A DNA stretch of 51,529 nt from Candidatus Uhrbacteria bacterium. Lineage in GTDB: Bacteria > Patescibacteriota > Patescibacteriia > UBA9934 > GWF2-40-263. Position numbers and translations under genes: made by a program. The DNA lies in NCBI GenBank assembly GCA_016209325.1, contig JACQWJ010000036.1:1-51529 (forward strand). The letters run 5' to 3'. The stretch's first letter is position 1, and every line of letters begins with the position of its first letter. The notes beneath the pieces are model-generated. The model was not told the origin of the DNA and ran no database searches. It saw only the letters and a program-made list of their open reading frames with translations. Positions 6,991 through 16,393 of this stretch are shown in pieces.

Positions 6991-9900
6991 TCATCCCTTC
7001 ACCCACCGCACATGCTGGCGGCCGACGAGGGAGGCCAAGGCGTCGAGGAAGGCGTCGGAGACGGCGACGGCGTAGTCGGTCTGGACGCGGCGGGGCTTGC
7101 CCTGGGACTCAAGGATGAAGCAGACCCGCTCGGGACCGGGGGCGGAGGTGAAAAGCGAGCGGAGCTGCTCCACGAGGTCGTGCGCGGGCTTGCCAACGAG
7201 GACGATCTCGAGCCCGAGCAGCGGAGGCGCTGACGCGGGAACTGCGGCGGACGGCAGGGGAGCCGAGGGTGACCCGGCGGCCGCATCCGGGGGCGTGGCA
7301 GGCGGGACGGAAGCGGCGTGCGCCGGCGGAGGCGTGGGATCGGCGGGCGCGGACGCGGCCTGGCCGCCCCCGTCCATCCTCAGCCATGCGAGGGCCTGGT
7401 CCACATTGTCCTCGTCGACGAGGAGGAAGTAGTTGGCGAGAAGCTTCGGTTCCTCGCCCTCGCGGCGGGAGACCTTGGCCCCCACGATGACCACACGCTC
7501 GGGCAGGAGGAAATCCTGGGAGGAGAGGAAGACCTTGGGGAAGCACACCACCTCGGTCTTCGTCCGGCCGTCCTCAAGTTCGACGAAGGCCATACTGTCG
7601 CCCTTCTTCGTGACGATCTTCTTGACCGAGCTTACGAGGCCCCCGCAGCGGACGACCGCCCCCTCGGGAGAGGCGACGGCGTCGGCAAGGGAGATGACGA
7701 AGGACGCGAGGCGAGGCGCGACGGCGTGGTAGGGGTGGGCGCTGACGTACAAGCCGAGGACTTCCTTCTCCCACCCGAGGAGCTCGCCGCGCTTGGCCGC
7801 CGCCGAGGCCGGGCGCAGGCGGAGCTTCTCCTGGACAAGGGCCGGGGCGAGGTCGAAGAGCGACGACTGGTTCTGGGAGGACTGCTGCTGGGCCTGACGG
7901 TTGAAGAGGAGGATCTGGTCTACGTTGTCGAGAAGTTGGCGGCGCTCGCCGAAGCGGTCGAGGGCCCCGGACTTCGCGAGCGCCTCGAGCGACTTCTTGT
8001 TGAACGCGCGGTGATGGACGCGCTCGGCGAAGTCCGTCAGGTCGATAAACGGGCCGCGGGCCTCGCGCTCGGCGATAATCGCCTGAATGACTTCTTCCCC
8101 CAGGTTCTTAATGACGAGCAGGCCGAAACGGATCGTCTGGTCGTCGATGTAGGTGAAGGTGGAAAGGGACTCGTTCACGTCGGGCGGCAGCACCTTGATC
8201 CCCAGCCGCTCACACTCCTTGACCGCATCGGCCACCGTGTCGAGGTCGCCGGACTCGGCGGTCATGAGGGCCGACATGTACTCGGCGGGGTAATTCGCCT
8301 TCAAGTACGCCGTGTAATAGGCGATCATGCCGTAGCTCGCGGCGTGGGCCTTTCCGAAGCCATACGCAGCGAATGGTTCGATCAGCTTCCAGAGTTCCTT
8401 TGACTTCGACGCGGACAATCCGCCCGCGACCAACCCATCGATCAGCTTGTCCTTCTGTTTCTGCATTTCCTCCGGGATCTTCTTTCCCATCGCTTTGCGT
8501 AACTTGTCCGCCTCGAGCCATGAGTACCCGGCCATCTTGATCGCGATGAACATCACGTCTTCCTGGTACACGATCACGCCATACGATGATTCCAAAAACT
8601 CCTTCATCCGCGGGTCGAGGTAGCTCACGAGGGACGGGTCGTGCTTCCTCCGGATGTACTCGGGGATCGACTCGATCGGGCCCGGGCGGTAGAGGGCGAC
8701 CATGGCCATGATGTCCTCGATGCGCTCAGGACGGAGCTCCATGAGGTACTTCGTCATGCCGTCGCCGTTTAACTGGAACGTACCCATGGTGTAGCCCTTC
8801 GCGAGGAGCTCAAACGTCTTCGGATCGTCGACGGGAATCCGCTCGAGGTCGATGTCGAGATCCTTGATGTGCTTCAGGATCTTCACCGCGTCCCCGAGAA
8901 TCGAGAGGTTCCGGATCCCGAGGAAGTCCATTTTGAGGAGGCCCGCAGCTTCCACGGACTTCATCTCATACTGGGTGATGACCTTCCCTTCCTTGGTTTC
9001 CACCTGGAGGGGCGTGAACTCGGTCAGGGGCTCGGGAGAGATGACGACGCCGGCGGCGTGGATCGAGACGTGGCGGGCGCAGCCCTCGATGCGGCGCGCG
9101 AGATCTATGAGGCGCTTCACCTGGGGGTCGGCGTCGTACTGCTTCTTCAGGTCCTCCGCCTCCTCGAGCGCACGCTCGAGAGTCATGGGAAATCCCTGGC
9201 TGCCCATCGGGACCAACTTCGCGATCTGGTCGACAAAGCCGTAGGGGATGCCGAGCGCGCGGCCGACGTCACGGATGCTCCCGCGCGCCATCATGGTCCC
9301 GAACGTACAGATCTGGGCCACCTTATCCTTGCCGTATTTCTCGGTGACGTAGGCCAGCATCTCGTCGCGGCGGTTGTCGGCGAAGTCCGCGTCAACGTCC
9401 GGGGCCGAGGGGCGCTCAGGGTTCAGAAAGCGCTCGAAGGGGAGCTTGTAGCGGAGGGGATCCACGCTCGAGATGCCGATCGCGTAGCTGACAAGCGAGC
9501 CGGCGGCCGATCCGCGGGTGGTGGTCACAATACCGTTCTTCCGGGCCCACTCGATGTAGTCGGAGACGATCAAAAAGTAGGGGGCGAACCCCTTTACCTC
9601 GATGACGGAAAGCTCGTAGTCAATGCGCTGCCGCATCTCCTCGGTGAGCTCAGGGACCTTGCGGGCAAGTTCGGCATACGCCCGCTGACGCAGGTACTCC
9701 AAGTGGGTCAGCCCATCAGGCACTTCGAAGTGGGCGAAGTTCCATTTTCCAAGCTCGAACGTGACGTTGCAGCGGTCGGCGATGACGCGGGTATTCTCGA
9801 TCGCTTCCGGAACGTCCTTGAACTGCTCTTCCATCTCCTGCGGCGAAACGAATGAGGCATCGTAGTCATATGCCTGCAGGCGCTCGAACTGTTCCAAGGT

Positions 9901-10629
9901 CTTCCCTCCCTGCACGCACTGAAGAATCTTCCAGGCCTCGGCCTCGTCGGGCTTCAGGTAGAAGGCGTTCTTGGTCGCGACGACGGGCACGCCGAGCTCC
10001 TTCCCAAGCTCGATCAGCTGCGCGTTCACGGCCGCCTGCTCGGGAATCTCGGGGCGGTCGACAAGCTCAAGGTAGAAGTTTCCCTCGCCGAAAATCTGGC
10101 GGTACTCGCCGATGAGCGCGACTGCGTGCTCGCGGTTCCCCATCTGGAGGGCCTGGTCGATGTCGCCGAAACGTCCGCCCGACAAGGCGATGAGGCCGTG
10201 GGACTTCCCAAGACAAAACTCCCGCAGGAGCTCTTTGTCGATGCGTGGCTTGTAGTAGAAGCCCTCGAGAAATCCGAGGGACGAAAGGCGGACGAGGGTA
10301 CGATACCCGTCGTTGTTCTCCGCGAGGAGCACCAGGCGGTTCGGCTTCGTGTCGATGCGCGCGCGCTTCTGGTGCCGCCCAGCCGGAGCCACATAGGCGT
10401 CCATGCCGACAATGAGCTTCACACCCTCGTCCTGCGCCTTCTGGTAGGCCTCGATGACCCCGTACAGCGTGCCGTTGTCGGTGAGGGCAAAGGTGTCCAT
10501 CCCCTTCTCCTTGGTCGCCTTAATAAGCGCCTTCACCTTGGGAAGCGCCTCGAGCAACGAGTAGTGACTATGGACATGCAGGTGGACAAAGCGACTGAAA
10601 GGCATAGGAAAAGGGGGAAAAGAGACCAC
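6991..10629 (-). CDS. dnaE: DNA polymerase III alpha subunit
   Basis: PHP motif HLHVHSHYSLLEA at the N-terminus and the usual DnaE core along the length. Start is either GTG 10629 or ATG 10605. Has an unusual P/A-rich linker and extra C-terminal module. Confidence 0.93.
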   Translation of the reverse strand: MVSFPPFPMPFSRFVHLHVHSHYSLLEALPKVKALIKATKEKGMDTFALTDNGTLYGVIEAYQKAQDEGVKLIVGMDAYVAPAGRHQKRARIDTKPNRLVLLAENNDGYRTLVRLSSLGFLEGFYYKPRIDKELLREFCLGKSHGLIALSGGRFGDIDQALQMGNREHAVALIGEYRQIFGEGNFYLELVDRPEIPEQAAVNAQLIELGKELGVPVVATKNAFYLKPDEAEAWKILQCVQGGKTLEQFERLQAYDYDASFVSPQEMEEQFKDVPEAIENTRVIADRCNVTFELGKWNFAHFEVPDGLTHLEYLRQRAYAELARKVPELTEEMRQRIDYELSVIEVKGFAPYFLIVSDYIEWARKNGIVTTTRGSAAGSLVSYAIGISSVDPLRYKLPFERFLNPERPSAPDVDADFADNRRDEMLAYVTEKYGKDKVAQICTFGTMMARGSIRDVGRALGIPYGFVDQIAKLVPMGSQGFPMTLERALEEAEDLKKQYDADPQVKRLIDLARRIEGCARHVSIHAAGVVISPEPLTEFTPLQVETKEGKVITQYEMKSVEAAGLLKMDFLGIRNLSILGDAVKILKHIKDLDIDLERIPVDDPKTFELLAKGYTMGTFQLNGDGMTKYLMELRPERIEDIMAMVALYRPGPIESIPEYIRRKHDPSLVSYLDPRMKEFLESSYGVIVYQEDVMFIAIKMAGYSWLEADKLRKAMGKKIPEEMQKQKDKLIDGLVAGGLSASKSKELWKLIEPFAAYGFGKAHAASYGMIAYYTAYLKANYPAEYMSALMTAESGDLDTVADAVKECERLGIKVLPPDVNESLSTFTYIDDQTIRFGLLVIKNLGEEVIQAIIAEREARGPFIDLTDFAERVHHRAFNKKSLEALAKSGALDRFGERRQLLDNVDQILLFNRQAQQQSSQNQSSLFDLAPALVQEKLRLRPASAAAKRGELLGWEKEVLGLYVSAHPYHAVAPRLASFVISLADAVASPEGAVVRCGGLVSSVKKIVTKKGDSMAFVELEDGRTKTEVVCFPKVFLSSQDFLLPERVVIVGAKVSRREGEEPKLLANYFLLVDEDNVDQALAWLRMDGGGQAASAPADPTPPPAHAASVPPATPPDAAAGSPSAPLPSAAVPASAPPLLGLEIVLVGKPAHDLVEQLRSLFTSAPGPERVCFILESQGKPRRVQTDYAVAVSDAFLDALASLVGRQHVRWVKG

Positions 10630-10650
10630 GGCGGATCTCTTTTTTGCTTC

Positions 10651-10953
10651 CTAGGATACTTTGTCTTCCACATCGCCGGACTTGTGGTCGCGCTTCTTCT
10701 CGACCGCGTACTCGACCACCCGCTTGACGCCCTCGGCCAGGATGCCGATGCCGGAGGTGGCCTTCTCGAAGCGGCCCTTGATGGAGGTGAGGGCTTCCTC
10801 GATGCGGCCGATCTTCTCGCGGGCGTCGGCCATGGTCTCGTTGACGTTCTTCAGGATCATGGCGATCTGCCAGATGAGCCAGCAGACGAAGGCGGTGAAC
10901 CAGAGCGCGCAGAAGGCGAGGACGATGAAGAGGATATCTTTTGATTCGAACAT
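10651..10953 (-). CDS. small N-terminally anchored coiled-coil membrane protein (DUF948-like?)
   Basis: 100 aa. One TM (ILFIVLAFCALWFTAFVCWLIW) followed by a helical, charged segment. Confidence 0.5.
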   Translation of the reverse strand: MFESKDILFIVLAFCALWFTAFVCWLIWQIAMILKNVNETMADAREKIGRIEEALTSIKGRFEKATSGIGILAEGVKRVVEYAVEKKRDHKSGDVEDKVS

Positions 10954-10957
10954 ACAG

Positions 10958-11489
10958 AGAGACGATTGAGGAGCGAATTACGAATCCGGACGAATATGCG
11001 AATGTGGACGGATTTCCCCTCCTTCCCTAAGGAGGGGACTAAGGGGAGGTCACTTCTTACAAGCGTTTCCAATGGCTTCCAAGACTCCCTCCAAGTTATC
11101 AAAAACATCACGATTGGAAAACCGAATGACTTGGAGACCGACGGAGGCGAGGTACTCCGACCGACGCTGGTCATACGCTTCGGCCTCTGGCGTCCCGTGC
11201 GCATTTCCGTCAAGCTCTACGACCACTCTCGTTGCAGGACAGTAAAATCAACGATGTAGGGACCGATGCCTTGCTGACGACGGAATTTATATCCCATCTG
11301 CTTACCCTTCAGATGATTCCAAAGAACGACCTCGGCAGGAGTCATTTCATTTCTCAACGCGCGACGCCGGGAAAGGTTAATCGGATCGTTGAAGAGGACT
11401 CCCATAGGTGTGACCTCCCCTTAATCCCCTCCTTGAGGAAGGAGGGGAGATATGACCATGTTCGGCATTCGGACCCCCAATCGCTCTCA
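10958..11489. mobile_element. DUF559 endonuclease gene bracketed by inverted copies (D, E) of the palindromic repeat
   Basis: Inner ends: CCCCTCCTTCCCTAAGGAGGGGACTAAGGGGAGGTCA (11016-11052) versus the reverse complement of 11411-11447, CCCCTCCTTCCTCAAGGAGGGGATTAAGGGGAGGTCA. The outer arms are CGAAT-rich on both sides. Confidence 0.6.
11050..11405 (-). pseudogene. DUF559 (Vsr-like) endonuclease-domain gene with a -1 frameshift in a T-run
   Basis: Frame A: ...ALRNEMTPAEVVLWNHLKGKQMGYKFRRQQGIGPYIVDF. After the run at 11244-11247 (4 T where 5 would keep frame) the other frame reads PATRVVVELDGNAHGTPEAEAYDQRRSEYLASVGLQVIRFSNRDVF...*. Could be a homopolymer assembly error. Confidence 0.7.
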
Positions 11490-13946
11490 TCTCATCGTAG
11501 CAGAAAAACGGGCGGTCAACACCTGACGCAGGGATTCCATACAGGCGTCTACTTCCTCGGACGACAGGGTCTGATCGTCGGCCCGGAACTCCAGGTGGAG
11601 CGCGAGGGATTTCTTGCCCTCCGGAATTCCCTTCCCCGCGTACGTGTCGAACAGCTCGACATCGACCAAAAGGGGTGCGGCGGCATGCATGGCGAGCTCG
11701 AGATCCGTGTAGGTGACGTCCTTATTGACGACGAACGCAAGATCCCGCTTGACTGAAGGGAACGGCGGAATCGGATGGTAGGTCAGTTCCCGCGCCGGAA
11801 AGGCGGCAAGCAACGATAGGTTTACCTCGCCAACAGCAACCTTGGCCTCGATACCGAGGTCTGTGGCCCGTTGCGGTAATACTTCTGCGAGGTAACCTAC
11901 CGCTTCGCCATCCACAGTAATCGCGGCGCTACGTCCAGGATGCATCCAAGACGCAAGGTCAGACATGGGGAGGAAGGTTGGGGTGTATCCCAACGCACGG
12001 AGCGCGCCCGCGCACAGACGTTTCAGTTCACGGAACGGAAAGATGTCGCCCTTCTTCGCGAAGACGAGTCCGAGTACATGGTCTTGATGAGGAAGCGGCG
12101 ATCCTCCTTCCCCGTTTTCGTCACCAGGAATTTCAGGAACGTACGTACGAGCCACCTCGAACAGGCGAACCGTGTCCGTTTGTCGTTGATTCTTTTCGAC
12201 GTTCTCGAGTAAGTTCGGCACAAGCGTCCGGGCAACATACGGCCGCTCTTTGGAAATAGGATTGGCTAATTGAATGTACCGCGCGGCGTCTTCCCCCAAA
12301 TAGGCAAGCGTGGCAGGACTCGTAAAACTATAATTATACGTTTCGGTTGCCGCGAAACGTTCGGCGAGAATCGAACGCACACGCCGTTCCAGTACCCGCA
12401 TGGGATCCGGTGTGGGCGGCCTGAGGTCCATGCGTGGGAGCGTAGGGGGTATACGCTCATAGCCGTAAATACGCGCCACTTCTTCAACGAGATCCTCGAA
12501 AATCGAAATATCCTTGGTCGCACGCCAACTCGGAATGGTTACAAGATATGCTTCTCCGTCCTGTTTCAAGCCGAATCCCAACCGCTCAAGGATGCCGATG
12601 GCGGTATCAACGGGAATGTTCACACCCAATTTCTGATCCAGACGTTCCAAAGAAAATGGAATCGGACCCTGTTTCAGCTCAAACCGACCGACATCCACGA
12701 CGGGCGAGGCGACCCGCGCGCCCGGAACAAGTTCTAACAGGAGTTCTACCGCACGACGCAGGGCCAGGTCGGACAGATTCGGATCTAGTCCTTTTTCATA
12801 CCGCAAGGATGCTTCGGAACGCAGTCCCAAACGTTGGGATGTTTTACGGATCCAAGAAGGGTGAAAATTTGCGGATTCCAAAAATACGGTCGTGGTTTCC
12901 TCACCGATTTCGCTGTTGTGCCCACCCATAACCCCCGCCAAGGCCACAGCCTTCTTTGCGTCCCGGATGACGAGATCGGACGGACCGAGTTCCCGCTCGG
13001 TATCATCGAGGGTCACGAACCGCTCGCCGGACACAGCGGGACGGACCTCGATCTCGATCGTGCGCGGCTTACTCAACACGTTCTCCAACTTGGCGGCATC
13101 AAAGGCATGGAGTGACTGCCCAATTTCCAGCATCACATAATTTGTCACGTCAACAACAATGTTGACAGGGCGCACACCTACGGCCCGCAGACGTTTTTGC
13201 ATCCACTCCGGAGACGTTTCGATGCGGATGCCGTCGAGGACAACACCCATGTAACGCGGGCAGGCAGCAATGTCGGTTACGTTCACCAATACCTCATACT
13301 CCGTTTCCTCTGAAACAACGGGCGGCCGTCGGTCCTTGAAGGTCGTCCCAAGGAGTGCCCCAACCTCGCGTCCCATGCCACGATGGCTGAAGAGGTCCGG
13401 ACGGTTGGTGAGTGATTTGTTGTCCACGTCAAATACGACATCGTCGAGTCCCAAGACTTCCGCAAGCGGCGTGCCTGGCGGGGCATCCCATCCGCTAAGG
13501 TCGACGATTTCGCGCTCACCTTCGTTTCCAGTGGCTGTGCCGATCTCGTTGGCTGCACAAATCATACCGAACGACTCAACGTCGCGCAGCTTTGTCAATT
13601 TGATTTCAACTAGCTCCCCTTCCCCGTGCCATTTGACCCTAGCCCCCACCAGGGCAACCGCGACCTTCATGCCCGCCAAAAGATTCGTGCCGCCGCATAC
13701 TATTTGCAACGGTTCCCCTTGTCCCGCATCCACCCGGCATACGCGGAGCTTGTCCGCATTGGGATGCGCTTCAACCGCAAGAAGGACGCCCACCACGATC
13801 CGTTCCAACGGGGCGGCCTGGGACGAAATTTCTTCCACCTCCACCGTGCTCAAGGTAATACGACGGGCGAGTTCCTCGTCGGACAGGTCTTCGGGAAGCT
13901 CGACAAATTCTTGGAGCCACTTCTTGGAAACCAACATACCATCCAT
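11487..13946 (-). CDS. pheT: phenylalanine--tRNA ligase beta subunit
   Basis: 819 aa with tRNA-binding N-terminal domain, B3/4, B5 and C-terminal FDX-ACB-like regions. Immediately follows pheS. Confidence 0.93.
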   Translation of the reverse strand: MDGMLVSKKWLQEFVELPEDLSDEELARRITLSTVEVEEISSQAAPLERIVVGVLLAVEAHPNADKLRVCRVDAGQGEPLQIVCGGTNLLAGMKVAVALVGARVKWHGEGELVEIKLTKLRDVESFGMICAANEIGTATGNEGEREIVDLSGWDAPPGTPLAEVLGLDDVVFDVDNKSLTNRPDLFSHRGMGREVGALLGTTFKDRRPPVVSEETEYEVLVNVTDIAACPRYMGVVLDGIRIETSPEWMQKRLRAVGVRPVNIVVDVTNYVMLEIGQSLHAFDAAKLENVLSKPRTIEIEVRPAVSGERFVTLDDTERELGPSDLVIRDAKKAVALAGVMGGHNSEIGEETTTVFLESANFHPSWIRKTSQRLGLRSEASLRYEKGLDPNLSDLALRRAVELLLELVPGARVASPVVDVGRFELKQGPIPFSLERLDQKLGVNIPVDTAIGILERLGFGLKQDGEAYLVTIPSWRATKDISIFEDLVEEVARIYGYERIPPTLPRMDLRPPTPDPMRVLERRVRSILAERFAATETYNYSFTSPATLAYLGEDAARYIQLANPISKERPYVARTLVPNLLENVEKNQRQTDTVRLFEVARTYVPEIPGDENGEGGSPLPHQDHVLGLVFAKKGDIFPFRELKRLCAGALRALGYTPTFLPMSDLASWMHPGRSAAITVDGEAVGYLAEVLPQRATDLGIEAKVAVGEVNLSLLAAFPARELTYHPIPPFPSVKRDLAFVVNKDVTYTDLELAMHAAAPLLVDVELFDTYAGKGIPEGKKSLALHLEFRADDQTLSSEEVDACMESLRQVLTARFSATMR

Positions 13947-13949
13947 CCT

Positions 13950-14969
13950 TCAAAATTGCGCAAGAAATCGCACGTCTCCGCTCTGCATGAGACGGCTATC
14001 ATCGATGCCGTACTTAAGCATGGCCAGACGGGACAGACCGAAACCGAATGCAAAGCCTTGATACGTGTTCGGATCCAACCCGCCCGCTTCCAGAACCCTG
14101 GGATGAACCATGCCGCCCGGCATGGCTTCCAACCACCCGGTGTTCTTGCACACCCGACATCCCTCTCCGGCACACAAAAAACAATTCAATTCTCCACGGA
14201 CCCCCGGTTCGACGAACGGATAAAACTTGGGCATGAGCCGCAACTTGGTATCTGGACCAAACAGATGGACCGCGACAGCTTCCATGACACCCTTCATGTG
14301 CGAGAAGGTGATGCCTTTATCGATAACCAACCCCTCCAGCTGGTAAAACGTGTGCTCGTGACGGGCATCGGTCGCCTCGTTGCGGAAACACCGGCCCGGC
14401 GCAATCATTCGGATCGGTGCCCCGTACTTACGCATAGCCCGAATCTGGACAGGCGACGTTTGGGTACGCATTACCTGATCCGGATGGCCCTTGATATAAA
14501 AAGTGTCCTGCATGTCCCTGGCCGGATGGTCGGGCGGCATATTCAGAGCCGTAAAGTTGTAATAATCGCTTTCGAGTTCTGGTCCGTCGAGCACCATGAA
14601 CCCCATCGAAATGAACAAATCCTCAAGTTTCTGCTGAATCAAGGTAACCGGATGGATGTGACCAATTGACTCCTCCGGAAACACAGGCGCAGTCACGTCG
14701 ATCCATTCCTCTTCGCGGACCGCGCGCGAGCGAAGCTCCGATTCCGCGCGAGCGAACGCCTCTTCCATGGCGCGCTTGGCCTCGTTGGCGGAAGGGCCGA
14801 CGGCCCGGCGTTCGTCTTCGGATAGGTCCTTGAGACCCGTCATGAGATCGGCTAGACGCCCTTTGCGACCGAGGAATTCCGTACGGACGGATTCCAGGAT
14901 GTCCTTATCTTGCGCCGCCGAAAGGGCCGCATCGAAGGCCTTTTTCAGTTCATCAAATTTCTGGTGCAT
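13950..14969 (-). CDS. pheS: phenylalanine--tRNA ligase alpha subunit
   Basis: 339 aa with class II aaRS motifs (HPARDMQDTFY, FRNEA...H.F.Q.EG, GFAFGFGLSRLAM). Confidence 0.95.
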   Translation of the reverse strand: MHQKFDELKKAFDAALSAAQDKDILESVRTEFLGRKGRLADLMTGLKDLSEDERRAVGPSANEAKRAMEEAFARAESELRSRAVREEEWIDVTAPVFPEESIGHIHPVTLIQQKLEDLFISMGFMVLDGPELESDYYNFTALNMPPDHPARDMQDTFYIKGHPDQVMRTQTSPVQIRAMRKYGAPIRMIAPGRCFRNEATDARHEHTFYQLEGLVIDKGITFSHMKGVMEAVAVHLFGPDTKLRLMPKFYPFVEPGVRGELNCFLCAGEGCRVCKNTGWLEAMPGGMVHPRVLEAGGLDPNTYQGFAFGFGLSRLAMLKYGIDDSRLMQSGDVRFLAQF

Positions 14970-15068
14970 ACACAGCAGTTCTCGAATGGGATCTATTTGA
15001 CGAGATTCGATACGTTCGCTATTATTCAGGCATCACCAACGGAAAGCAAGCCCTGTAAGGTCCCGTCC

Positions 15069-15209
15069 TTACGGGGCCCTTTCTTTTACAGCAAGCCTGT
15101 CGCGAAGATCGTTCATGTAACGAAGGAATAGGCGCATGTTCTTGAACTTCAGGAGTCCTGAGAACCGGCGGTTGAGATTCTGACTGTCGATGAAGGCGTA
15201 ATTTTCCAT
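15069..15209 (-). pseudogene. 46-codon ORF resembling the N-terminus of an NYN/LabA-like domain (remnant?)
   Basis: MENYAFIDSQNLNRRFSGLLKFKNMRLFLRYMNDL... resembles the (A/I)FIDG.NL ... (K/R)F(R/K).(Y/F)L pattern. Its stop sits in a 10-bp hairpin (15052-15077). Confidence 0.2.
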
Positions 15210-15218
15210 GACAAGACC

Positions 15219-16337
15219 CTAGCCTCCTGCGAAATTCTTTACATTGCTCAGGAAATCGCCGCTGAAACGGACGATGTCACGATAGGTCACGAGCAGCACG
15301 AGGGCCATGAGCAGGCCGAATCCGAGGTTGTGGACCACAGCCTCGATCCGCTCGTTGACCGGGCGGCGGCGGATCTTCTCGATGAGGAGGAAGAGGATGC
15401 GCCCGCCGTCGAGCGCCGGAAACGGCAGAACGTTTACGATCGCGAGGTTGATGGAAAGCACGGCCGCGAACTGGAGCAAGTACGTGAACCCGAGCTTCGC
15501 CGCCTCGCCTGTCATGACCGCAATCCCGACGGGTCCCGCGAGGTCGACCGCGATCGTCTGATGGACGACGAGGTTCGAGAGCAGCTGGCCGAAGGCGCGG
15601 AGCACTTCCCAGGTGAGGAGGCCGGCCAGGACGAATCCCTGGACCAGCGCTTCGTACCAGGGATAGGAGATAAGGGCAGTCGTGACGAGCCCGACCCCCA
15701 CGCCCACGGTTCCCGCTTCGGATAGGGGCTCGGCCCGCATGATGGCCGTCACGTATTCGCCCTCCCCGCGCTTCAGACTCAGGGAAACGTCGCTCTCGCT
15801 ATGGGAACGGATGTAGGCGCGCGCCTCGTCGGAAGAGGTGAAGACCGTCCCGTCGATGGACACGAGCGTGTCTCCGCCCTGGACGCCGGCGCGGGCCGCC
15901 GGACTCTCCGAAAGGACCGAGGCGACATGCACGACTTCCTCGGATACCCGCGCGCGGGGTGAGACGTCGTCGCCGACGACCGTCGGCAGGCCGACCATGA
16001 GTCCGATCGACAACAGGACGCCCGCGAGCAAAAAGTTCATGGCCACACCTGCAATCAGCACGATAAACCGCTTCCACGCGGGCTTCGAGGCAAAGCTGTC
16101 CGGATCATGGGCCTGATCCCCGGACTCGCCCTTGATCTTCACGAACCCACCAAGCGGAATCCAGTTGATGGAATAGACGGTGTCCCCCCGTTTCACACCC
16201 CACAGTCGGGGTGGAAACCCGAACCCGAACTCTTCGACCTTCATGCCCGCCTTTTTGGCCGTCACAAAATGCCCAAACTCATGGACAAAGACGAGGATGG
16301 ATAAGACGAGGAGAAACAAAAGAATGGTACCGATCAT
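15219..16337 (-). CDS. rseP: RIP metalloprotease RseP (site-2 protease, M50) with PDZ domain
   Basis: HEFGHF zinc motif in TM1, a central PDZ-like segment, and C-terminal NLLPFPALDGG. Confidence 0.9.
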   Translation of the reverse strand: MIGTILLFLLVLSILVFVHEFGHFVTAKKAGMKVEEFGFGFPPRLWGVKRGDTVYSINWIPLGGFVKIKGESGDQAHDPDSFASKPAWKRFIVLIAGVAMNFLLAGVLLSIGLMVGLPTVVGDDVSPRARVSEEVVHVASVLSESPAARAGVQGGDTLVSIDGTVFTSSDEARAYIRSHSESDVSLSLKRGEGEYVTAIMRAEPLSEAGTVGVGVGLVTTALISYPWYEALVQGFVLAGLLTWEVLRAFGQLLSNLVVHQTIAVDLAGPVGIAVMTGEAAKLGFTYLLQFAAVLSINLAIVNVLPFPALDGGRILFLLIEKIRRRPVNERIEAVVHNLGFGLLMALVLLVTYRDIVRFSGDFLSNVKNFAGG

Positions 16338-16393
16338 ACGGGAGGCATTCTATAGGAAATGATCTGAAAATCAAAGGACAGCTCGGACGACTC

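Noticed and set aside
7318-10944. Long plus-strand ORFs (7318-8403, 8869-9855, 10126-10944) opposite dnaE
   Set aside because: They are antisense shadows of a high-confidence DnaE ORF. The sequences are rich in R/G/E/D/L/V with no recognisable motifs.
13626-14669. 347-aa plus-strand ORF across the pheT/pheS junction
   Set aside because: It is antisense to both aaRS subunit genes and spans their junction. No motifs.
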